64,000 nt of DNA, from IMG/VR virus record IMGVR_UViG_3300047393_000100. The stretch is one strand, 5' to 3'. The notes under the pieces are model-generated. The model had not been told where the DNA came from, ran no database searches, and saw only the letters and a program-made list of their open reading frames with translations. The position numbers were made by a program, and so were the translations under genes. The DNA comes from a virus (Duplodnaviria; Heunggongvirae; Uroviricota; Caudoviricetes). Positions 51,168-58,614 of this stretch are shown in pieces (the first letter of the stretch is position 1; each line of letters begins with the position of its first letter).

Positions 51168-51718
51168 TGATTTTAAATAGTAGAAATAATTTATTCAATT
51201 TTAAATTCCCTAGGACTTTTATTCCTAAGGAAGTTGCTGACAAATATCGAAAGTATTTGAATAGAATGCCAGGTAATTTAATTTCAGAACCAATTGATTT
51301 TATAAACTACTCAATCCAGGGTGTTAATTTACCAGGGATAACATTTGATCCAATTGAAGTATCTCCAAATGATGGAACAATAACATATCATAGAGGTTCT
51401 ATTCCGATACAAAATACAATTGATAGGCAGTTTAAAGTTACAATGCAACTTTTAGATGGTTATATTAATTATTGGATTATGCAAGATACTTTACTTTATT
51501 ATTATTCAAAAACAGTAAGGGAACCATGGTTAAATGATATTAAACTTCAAATAATGGATGCTGAAGGAATTCATATAATGAGTGCTGTATTTGAAAAACC
51601 AATTATGAACTCTATATCTGAACTTGATTTAAATATGAGTTCAAATATTGCAGAGTTTACTACATTTGATTTAAACTTCTATTATAACAAGTTTAATATT
51701 CAATTAGAAATAGATTAA
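51167..51718 (+). CDS. Tail completion/terminator or tube-fold protein (gp3/gp19-like)
   Basis: IQGVNLPGITF, F.VTMQLLDGYINYWIM and ELDLN....FTTFDLNFYY. Confidence 0.65.
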   Translation: MILNSRNNLFNFKFPRTFIPKEVADKYRKYLNRMPGNLISEPIDFINYSIQGVNLPGITFDPIEVSPNDGTITYHRGSIPIQNTIDRQFKVTMQLLDGYINYWIMQDTLLYYYSKTVREPWLNDIKLQIMDAEGIHIMSAVFEKPIMNSISELDLNMSSNIAEFTTFDLNFYYNKFNIQLEID

Positions 51719-51730
51719 GATATATAAAGT

Positions 51731-52036
51731 ATGAAAACATTTGATGATTATATAAACGAAGGAAAGGTTAATATAGATAACCTAACATTTACATTACAAA
51801 CTATTGTAGATAGAAAGGGATTAGCTATAACATTTATACCCGATTCAAAAACATTAGATACGATTCATGTTAATGGTAAAAACACTATTGTAGATATTAT
51901 TGAAAAGAAAATGGCTAAAAGTTCTCCACTAATATCAACATGTATGTGGTTTGAAGCTGGACATGACGCTGCAGGATTTACATTTAGAATTGATCCTACT
52001 GAATTAACTGACGAATTAACTAAAGCATTTAAATAA
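51731..52036 (+). CDS. Putative internal head protein
   Basis: MKTFDDYINE N-terminus; late motif upstream. Confidence 0.65.
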   Translation: MKTFDDYINEGKVNIDNLTFTLQTIVDRKGLAITFIPDSKTLDTIHVNGKNTIVDIIEKKMAKSSPLISTCMWFEAGHDAAGFTFRIDPTELTDELTKAFK

Positions 52037-52404
52037 TGAAAACATTTTTAGATTATATTAAAGAGGAAAATATATCAGATAAGGAATTAGCGATATTAAC
52101 TGAATCCTTGCAAACTGAGTGGACTGAAGAATTGGAAGCTAAAGTAGATGCTGCAATTGAAGAGTTCGCATCAACATATAAGAATACAGATGGTACTTAT
52201 AATATCCATGCATTTAATGAAGAACTTACAAATGAAGGAGTATTAGGAAGTATATTTGGTGGATTGGCAGGTTTTGCACTTGGTAAAACTATTGGTAAAA
52301 CTATAGCAAATATTCTTGGAATTACCTCCGGAATTATGTATGATATGTTAACTTCAAGATTAGTAGGAGCCGCTTTAGGTTCTTCACTTGGTAGTAAAGT
52401 ATAA
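52036..52404 (+). CDS. Putative internal protein with glycine-zipper membrane segments
   Basis: MKTFLDYIKEE; GSIFGGLAGFALG...GAALGSSLG. Confidence 0.65.
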   Translation: MKTFLDYIKEENISDKELAILTESLQTEWTEELEAKVDAAIEEFASTYKNTDGTYNIHAFNEELTNEGVLGSIFGGLAGFALGKTIGKTIANILGITSGIMYDMLTSRLVGAALGSSLGSKV

Positions 52405-52406
52405 TT

Positions 52407-53054
52407 ATGAATTTTGTAACAATTGACTTTTCACTTAATTCCCCTGGTATCTGCGTATTTAAAGATAATAAATACAATTTTATTGGTTATTTAAAACCAA
52501 AGACAGGAACTAAAAAGGAACAAATATTACAGGAGGAACTTAACCTTCTGACCGATACTCAAATCTCGCATCAACCTGACTGGACAAATAACGAATCCTA
52601 TTCAAAGAGCGAGATGATTAAAATCCAAAGACATACCCAGACTGCAAAGGACATTATTGATATGATTATAGAAATCACAGGTAATGATTCTCCCTTTGTT
52701 ATTGCGTTTGAAGGATCCTCTTATGGTTCTTCTGCCGGAACTAACAACATAATAGATATGGCCGCTGGTGCTGCAATTCTTAAAATGGAAATGATGTCTA
52801 GACTTGAAGTCTTAGAAATGATGACCATCGCACCTTCAACTATTAAAAAATTCATACATAAAGGAAATATGAATAAAAATGATATTTGGCCTTTTTTCTT
52901 AGATGATATTGATAGGGATAATATTCCATTAATTAAATATTGTAATAAAAATATTGGAAAAGATATTAAAAACGTTCCCAAGCCATTAGATGACCTAGTT
53001 GATGCATATTTTATGTTAAAATATGTAAAATCATTTTTTATTAAAGATATATAA
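52407..53054 (+). CDS. RuvC-like Holliday junction resolvase
   Basis: IDFSLNSPGI, AFEG.SYGS, APSTIKK..KGN..K and DDLVDAY acidic motifs. Confidence 0.82.
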   Translation: MNFVTIDFSLNSPGICVFKDNKYNFIGYLKPKTGTKKEQILQEELNLLTDTQISHQPDWTNNESYSKSEMIKIQRHTQTAKDIIDMIIEITGNDSPFVIAFEGSSYGSSAGTNNIIDMAAGAAILKMEMMSRLEVLEMMTIAPSTIKKFIHKGNMNKNDIWPFFLDDIDRDNIPLIKYCNKNIGKDIKNVPKPLDDLVDAYFMLKYVKSFFIKDI

Positions 53055-53056
53055 AT

Positions 53057-53143
53057 AAAATAATATAAGGACAATGGGTTCGAACCCACTTTAACAATTA
53101 GTCTGTTAAATTACTTATATTATTTTTTAAAAATAGACTAATT
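53057..53143 (+). ncRNA. Structured 5' leader RNA (three-way junction plus pseudoknot) of the homing endonuclease gene
   Basis: P1 53057-69/53114-26 (13 bp); P2 53075-88; P3 53090-96/53104-10; the P3 loop pairs with 53136-42, just upstream of ATG 53147. Confidence 0.6.
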
Positions 53144-53146
53144 ATT

Positions 53147-53836
53147 ATGTTATACCATTACGTATACCGTGTTACCTCTCTAGTTGAGAATAAACACTAT
53201 TATGGATTAAGAACTTCAAAAATTAAACCACAATTAGATTTAGGTATTAAATATTTTACATCTTCATGCGATACTGTATTTCGAAATGACTTCATACAAA
53301 ATACACATAATTATAAGTGTATAATTGTTAGGGTTTTTAATAATAGAATGGATGCTTCTCTGTTTGAAATATTTTTACATAATAAATTCAACGTTGGAGT
53401 GTCTACTAAATTTTATAATAATGCCAAATCAACCGAGACAAGTTGTGACATGACAGGTTTTAAACATACTGAAATTAGTAAACAAAAAATGTCAGATGCT
53501 AGGAAAGGTAAAGAGCCATGGAACAAAGGATTAATTAATCCTTATAATAAGATTACTTTAACTAAAATGTCAGATGCTAAAAAAGGTAAAGAGCCTATAA
53601 ATAAAAATAAAAAAGGAATGTGGAAACCTTCTACTGAAAACCTGATAAATTTATCAAATTCAATGAAAGGAAGAATACTAAGCGAAGAACATAAAAATAA
53701 TCTTAGCAAGCCAAAGAAATCAACTGAAAATTATTCATATCCAAAAGAAAGAGTTACTTGTCCGTTTTGTAACAAGTCCGGAGGAAAACCTTCAATGTCT
53801 AGATTCCATTTTGATAATTGTAAAAAGAGACTTTAG
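53147..53836 (+). mobile_element. Free-standing GIY-YIG homing endonuclease with NUMOD3 repeats and a C-terminal zinc-knuckle motif
   Basis: HYVYRVT...KHYYG.R, YFTSS, FYN; HTEISKQKMSDARKG / SEEHKNNLS repeats; CPFC...RFHFDNCK. Confidence 0.88.
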
Positions 53837-53892
53837 ATTTCTTAAATCATTTAGCTAGAAGTTTATTTTACCCTCAGGCTTAAAGACATAAG

Positions 53893-54011
53893 TTATATTG
53901 TCAGGTTACTGGATTGTTTCAGAAAAACTAAAAATAAATTAAAATAGTTTTCAAGTACCTATAAAAAGAATTAAAAATAGTACTGAAACTAAATTAAATA
54001 AAGATATATAA
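53893..54011. promoter_or_regulatory. Divergent pair of AAAC-N15/16-WATATAA promoters
   Basis: Minus strand: TGAAAC (53921-53916), 16 nt, AATATAA (53899-53893). Plus strand: TGAAAC (53984-89), 15 nt, TATATAA (54005-11). Confidence 0.5.
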
Positions 54012-54043
54012 TACATGTACTAATATTTAAAAATGTATCATAG

Positions 54044-54232
54044 ATGAATTCTTTCAATACGACCGAGCACTTTAATTTATTCAAAGCTCTAAGTAAACTA
54101 GTAACGTTAGGTAAAATCTCTAGAGATGAAATGGAAAACTTACTTACTAAATCAGGTCTATCTAGAATAGATAAAAACCAATATAAAGATGATTCAGGTA
54201 ATATTTTAACTATAGGTCGTGAAACATTTTAA
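54044..54232 (+). CDS. Hypothetical protein
   Basis: ORF follows a promoter motif and precedes the SSB gene. Confidence 0.6.
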   Translation: MNSFNTTEHFNLFKALSKLVTLGKISRDEMENLLTKSGLSRIDKNQYKDDSGNILTIGRETF

Positions 54233-54253
54233 GGGTATCAGTATATAATTAAC

Positions 54254-54284
54254 AAATTAAAGTATTAACAAAAATTAAAGTATT
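54254..54284 (+). repeat. Tandem 13-nt repeat AAATTAAAGTATT in the SSB leader
   Basis: Copies at 54254-54266 and 54272-54284. Confidence 0.7.
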
Positions 54285-54290
54285 TAAGAC

Positions 54291-55211
54291 ATGGCAGAAT
54301 TTGACATTTTTAACTTAGGTGTAGCAGATGTAGACACACATGAAACACAGGCTTCTTCAGGAAGTGACCTTTACAAACCAACAGCAGACGATGGTAAAGA
54401 CGGAACTTACAAAGCAATTATTCGTTTTGTTCCAAACCCATCAAATCCCCGAAACTCTTTAGTAAAAAAATACGTACACTGGCTTACAAATGCAGGCGGT
54501 GATGGTAAAATGGTAGATTCTCCTTCAACGGTAGGTGAGAAATGTCCAATTGCAGATGTATTTTTTAAATTACGTAAAAGTGATTCAGCAGTGGATAGAA
54601 AAATGAGTGATAAACTTAAAAGACGTGAGCAGTACTTTGCACTAGTTAAAGTTATTAAAGATCCTCAGAATCCAGATTTAGAAGGACAATACAAAATCTT
54701 TAAATTTGGTTATAAAATCAAAGAGAAAATTGATGAAGAATTAAAACCAGCGTTTGGTGAACCAACTCAAGTATTTGACCTTTTTGCAGGTAAAAACTTT
54801 GAATTGATTATTTCTAGACAAGGAGACTTTAATAACTATGATAAGTCTAAATTTTCTTCTTCAACTAGCGCTATCGATATGGCAGGTTCTCCAGCAGAAC
54901 GAACTAAAGAAGTTATGGCAACTATCAAAACTCAATTAGATGCAGCCCCTTCATTAGAACCATACGAATACAAAACATGGGATGAAGAAACTAGAGACTT
55001 TGTTAATAACATTTTAAGAAATTATTTAAATCCAGGTGATTCAATGGACTCTGTTATTTCAAAACCAGCAGCTAAAAAACCAGCAGCCAAGACTGAAAGT
55101 GCATCTCCATCATCAAGTGATTTTGAATTTCCAACAGAAATGACATCAAGCCCAAATGATTCTAGTGATGCAGATGATTTAGATGATTTTCTAAATGATT
55201 TAGGAGTTTAA
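54291..55211 (+). CDS. Single-stranded DNA-binding protein (T4 gp32-like)
   Basis: YKP..D..G...AIIRFVP, CPI, VIKDP.NP..EG...FKFG.KI, FD...G.NF.L, NYDKSKF and acidic tail DDLDDFLNDL. Confidence 0.92.
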   Translation: MAEFDIFNLGVADVDTHETQASSGSDLYKPTADDGKDGTYKAIIRFVPNPSNPRNSLVKKYVHWLTNAGGDGKMVDSPSTVGEKCPIADVFFKLRKSDSAVDRKMSDKLKRREQYFALVKVIKDPQNPDLEGQYKIFKFGYKIKEKIDEELKPAFGEPTQVFDLFAGKNFELIISRQGDFNNYDKSKFSSSTSAIDMAGSPAERTKEVMATIKTQLDAAPSLEPYEYKTWDEETRDFVNNILRNYLNPGDSMDSVISKPAAKKPAAKTESASPSSSDFEFPTEMTSSPNDSSDADDLDDFLNDLGV

Positions 55212-55230
55212 TTAACATATATTTAAATTT

Positions 55231-55270
55231 AAAGGGCCAGGTTTAAACTTGGCCCTTTTTTTCTATATAA
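55231..55270 (+). terminator. Terminator after SSB, overlapping an AAAC-N15-TATATAA promoter for primase
   Basis: AAAGGGCCAGG/CTTGGCCCTTT plus T-tract; AAAC at 55245 and TATATAA at 55264. Confidence 0.7.
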
Positions 55271-55276
55271 TAATAT

Positions 55277-56401
55277 ATGGCAGGTCAAAAAATCACAGAA
55301 GAATTAAAGGCTAAGATTAGAAGCTTAGTTAAAGAGGCAATTGTAAAAGCGCACAATGAGCCTTCTAAACATATGCTTAAGGAAATGCCAGGTAGAATTA
55401 CAATGGCATGTCCATTTTGCGGTGACTCAAGTTCAGATCATAAAAAGAAGAGAGGTAATTTATATTGGGACACACTACAATACCACTGTTTCAACTGTGG
55501 CACTCACTCCAACGCATACCAATTACTTAAAGAACATCATGTAAAATTTAAAAATACAGATGATTCAATCCAAGTTATTGATTATATTCAAGAACATAAA
55601 ATGGAAACAAATCATGTTGAAGTTTTAGAACATGATGTATTTAAATTAGCATACGATTTATCACCAACACGTACAGAACTCAAAGAATGGTTTGACTTTC
55701 ATGAAATAGAACCAGGAGATCCTGCATTTTTCTATTTAAAGAATAGATTATTATCTTCAAAATTAAATAGGTTTATGTATTCTCCAAAGGATAAAAGAAT
55801 TGTAGTCCTTAATCTTGCGCCAAAGGACAAGGTTATTGGATTTCAAACACGTTCTCTTATTAAGAAAGCAAATTCAAGATACTTAACATACGACCTTGAA
55901 AAAATATATGAAGAGACAGGAAAGGAACTTATAATATCCGAAGAAGAATTAGTAAGTGTTAAGAAGGTTTCGACATTATTTAATGTGATGATGGTTGATT
56001 TTGAAAGAGATGTAACTATGTTTGAAGGACCTATTGACTCGATGTTTATTCCAAACTCTATTGGACTTGCAACTGCAGGTAGATCTACAGAGGAGTTCGA
56101 TGAAATTCCAACAATTAGATATATGTTTGATAATGATACTACTGGTAAAAAGAAGATGATGGAAAAATTAAGAAGAGGTAGAAAGATATTTATATGGGAA
56201 AAGTTTTTAAAAGAAACTGGAATCGAAAGAGATTGGGATAATTTCTTAAAAAATATTGACAAAAATAATAGAGATAAATATCCTAAACAAATAGGTGATT
56301 TAAACGATTTGGTTATAGCATCATGGCTTACCAAAAATAAATGTTTAAACAAATTGATGGATTATTTTACTAACTCTAAACTTGATGCATATCACCTATG
56401 A
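55277..56401 (+). CDS. DNA primase (T4 gp61-like)
   Basis: CPFCGDS...KKRG..YHCFNCG zinc finger; FEGPIDS, FDND and DLND TOPRIM motifs. Confidence 0.92.
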   Translation: MAGQKITEELKAKIRSLVKEAIVKAHNEPSKHMLKEMPGRITMACPFCGDSSSDHKKKRGNLYWDTLQYHCFNCGTHSNAYQLLKEHHVKFKNTDDSIQVIDYIQEHKMETNHVEVLEHDVFKLAYDLSPTRTELKEWFDFHEIEPGDPAFFYLKNRLLSSKLNRFMYSPKDKRIVVLNLAPKDKVIGFQTRSLIKKANSRYLTYDLEKIYEETGKELIISEEELVSVKKVSTLFNVMMVDFERDVTMFEGPIDSMFIPNSIGLATAGRSTEEFDEIPTIRYMFDNDTTGKKKMMEKLRRGRKIFIWEKFLKETGIERDWDNFLKNIDKNNRDKYPKQIGDLNDLVIASWLTKNKCLNKLMDYFTNSKLDAYHL

Positions 56402-56616
56402 TAAAAAAAGAATTTTTACAAATGATCGAAGAGCAATTCGAGGACTTTGAAAATGAGAGAAGCAAGAGAAAAAATCTAAAGATGATTATAGATTTCACCT
56501 CAACTAGTATCTCGCATGAGGGCAAGGAATTTACAATGACAAAACCAAAACTTAAAGCTAAGTTTAAAAGTTCAGTGTATATTAAAGACAATAATAAAGG
56601 AACATCATTATTTTAA
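56398..56616 (+). CDS. Hypothetical protein
   Basis: Overlapping operon ORF. Confidence 0.6.
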   Translation: MIKKEFLQMIEEQFEDFENERSKRKNLKMIIDFTSTSISHEGKEFTMTKPKLKAKFKSSVYIKDNNKGTSLF

Positions 56617-56627
56617 ATAAGACAAGT

Positions 56628-57056
56628 ATGTCAGAAACAATTGATAAAATACAACAGTTAGATGATTACCTAAGTAAACAACGTACTGATTGGACTTCTA
56701 AAATAAAGACATTAACTGAGGAACTAAAATTAGGTAATAATCTAGAAGAGGTTAGTGCATATACATTAAGTTATCGTCAAATATTAGTAGAACACTTAGC
56801 TACTATGGGAAACCGTATTAAATCACAAAAAGCAACAGTAGATAAAAAGTATAGAGATAAATGGATCGAATACTTTAGCTATGATTATAAGCTTACTGAT
56901 AAGATGCGCGAAAAATTTGTTGAAGCTGATATTTCAGATGATACACAAATCCTTGAGTTATTGATAACTCAAAAAGGTTTTATAGAGGGATCTGTAAAAA
57001 CACTCGACAATATGGGCTTTGCAATAAAGAATCGCCTTGATATGAGTCGTTTATAA
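56628..57056 (+). CDS. uvsY: Recombination mediator UvsY-like
   Basis: Helical 142 aa directly upstream of uvsW; FVEAD and LDNMGFAIKNRLD C-terminus. Confidence 0.7.
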   Translation: MSETIDKIQQLDDYLSKQRTDWTSKIKTLTEELKLGNNLEEVSAYTLSYRQILVEHLATMGNRIKSQKATVDKKYRDKWIEYFSYDYKLTDKMREKFVEADISDDTQILELLITQKGFIEGSVKTLDNMGFAIKNRLDMSRL

Positions 57057-57073
57057 AAAAGATCACATGAAGT

Positions 57074-58582
57074 TTGATTTTAACATTAACGGAAGATAAT
57101 CAATTTTTAAGAATTGATGAATCAACTGAACTTGAGTTAGAGCAGATTAGAATTTCTTTAACAAAACGAATTGACTCTTGGAGATTTAATCCTTTAGTCA
57201 AAAGAGGTGTGTGGGATGGTTATGTAACATATATTAAAGATGATAAATGGATTCCGGCAGGTCTATGGCGATATGTCATGGGAGTATGTAAAGACTATCG
57301 TTTTGAATTAAAAATTAATGGAATTAAGAGATTAATAGATCCAGACATAAACGCTGAAACATTCGAAAAATGGGCATACGACCTATTTGAAGGTTCTAAG
57401 ATAACACCTAGGGACTATCAAGTAGATGCGGCTTATAATATATTAAAATTTAGAAAGTGTCTTGCAGAGCTTGCAACATCAGCAGGTAAGACCTTAATAA
57501 GTTTTCTTACAATATCATATATGTTAGAAAAGGGAACAGCATCTAAGATATTATTTATAGTACCTAACGTTTCATTGGTAGTACAGGCGCATGAAGATTT
57601 CCACGACTATAACTTTAAAAATAGAATTGACTTAAGAATCCAACAAATTTTTGCAGGACAAAAAATCAAATCTAATAAAAATATAGTGATAGGTACTTAC
57701 CAATCATTAATTAAAAAGGATAAAGAATACTTTGAACAATTTGACGCAGTAATAGTTGATGAAACTCATAAGGCAAAATCTGCAAGTATTAAGACAATTC
57801 TACAAAAATGTACTAACGCTAAATATCGATTCGGGCTTTCAGGTACAATCCCAAAGGATGGAACTTTAGATAAATTAACGTTAATGAGTCAGACAGGTCC
57901 TGTCATTGCAGAGGTTAAAGCAAGTTTTTTACAAAACGAAGGACACATTGCAAAATGTGCAGTTAAAGTAATCGAAATGGATTATGCAACTGACAAACAA
58001 AAAACAGCTTTGATGGAATTAGCACAAAATAAATACGAGAACAAAGATGTATTTGCATTGGAACAGAACTTCGTTATCAATAATGCAGCAAGACTTGATT
58101 TTATTTCAAATGTAATTGGTAGAGTACCAAAGAATAGTTTAGTGCTTTTTCATAGAATAGAACATGGACAAAGACTTTATGAAAAACTTAGACAAGAAAC
58201 GAATAAAAGAGTATTCTATGTAGATGGTGGAACTGCAACTGATATTAGAGAGGAATATAAAAAGAAAATGGAAGCCGGCGAAGAAATAGTTATTGTTGCA
58301 AGTTATGGAACGTTCTCAACTGGTATATCAATTAAGAAAATTCACAATATATTTTTTACAGAATCCTTTAAATCAGAAGTGATAATTAGACAGTCAATTG
58401 GACGTGGACTTAGACAACATGAATCAAAGGACAAGGTGTTAATCGTTGACTTTGTAGATAATATTAGAACACTAGAATGGGATAATTATCTGTATCGACA
58501 TGGTAAAGCAAGGCAGGCAATTTACAAACAAGAGAAATTCGACTACACTATAAAGAAAGTCAATTTTGAAGGAGATATATAA
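57074..58582 (+). CDS. uvsW: SF2 DNA helicase UvsW
   Basis: WDG, RDYQ, ATSAGKT, TYQSL, VDETH, GLSGT, SYGTFSTGISI and QSIGRGLR motifs. Confidence 0.95.
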   Translation: MILTLTEDNQFLRIDESTELELEQIRISLTKRIDSWRFNPLVKRGVWDGYVTYIKDDKWIPAGLWRYVMGVCKDYRFELKINGIKRLIDPDINAETFEKWAYDLFEGSKITPRDYQVDAAYNILKFRKCLAELATSAGKTLISFLTISYMLEKGTASKILFIVPNVSLVVQAHEDFHDYNFKNRIDLRIQQIFAGQKIKSNKNIVIGTYQSLIKKDKEYFEQFDAVIVDETHKAKSASIKTILQKCTNAKYRFGLSGTIPKDGTLDKLTLMSQTGPVIAEVKASFLQNEGHIAKCAVKVIEMDYATDKQKTALMELAQNKYENKDVFALEQNFVINNAARLDFISNVIGRVPKNSLVLFHRIEHGQRLYEKLRQETNKRVFYVDGGTATDIREEYKKKMEAGEEIVIVASYGTFSTGISIKKIHNIFFTESFKSEVIIRQSIGRGLRQHESKDKVLIVDFVDNIRTLEWDNYLYRHGKARQAIYKQEKFDYTIKKVNFEGDI

Positions 58583-58614
58583 ATATAATAACGTAATAAA
58601 AAAACAAATTAAAA

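Noticed and set aside
16036-51718. Bacterial contractile injection system (eCIS/T6SS) or eukaryotic giant virus
   Set aside because: The neck protein, gp32, gp61-like primase, UvsY/UvsW and capsid-targeting peptides indicate a T4-like tailed phage.
53070-53095. tRNA suggested by the GGTTCGAA T-loop-like sequence
   Set aside because: No D arm, anticodon arm or acceptor stem can be built. The hairpin belongs to the leader structure instead.
53000-53890. Group I intron carrying the GIY-YIG gene
   Set aside because: No P7 or catalytic-core sequences, almost no non-coding space 3' of the ORF, and the resolvase already ends with all its catalytic motifs.
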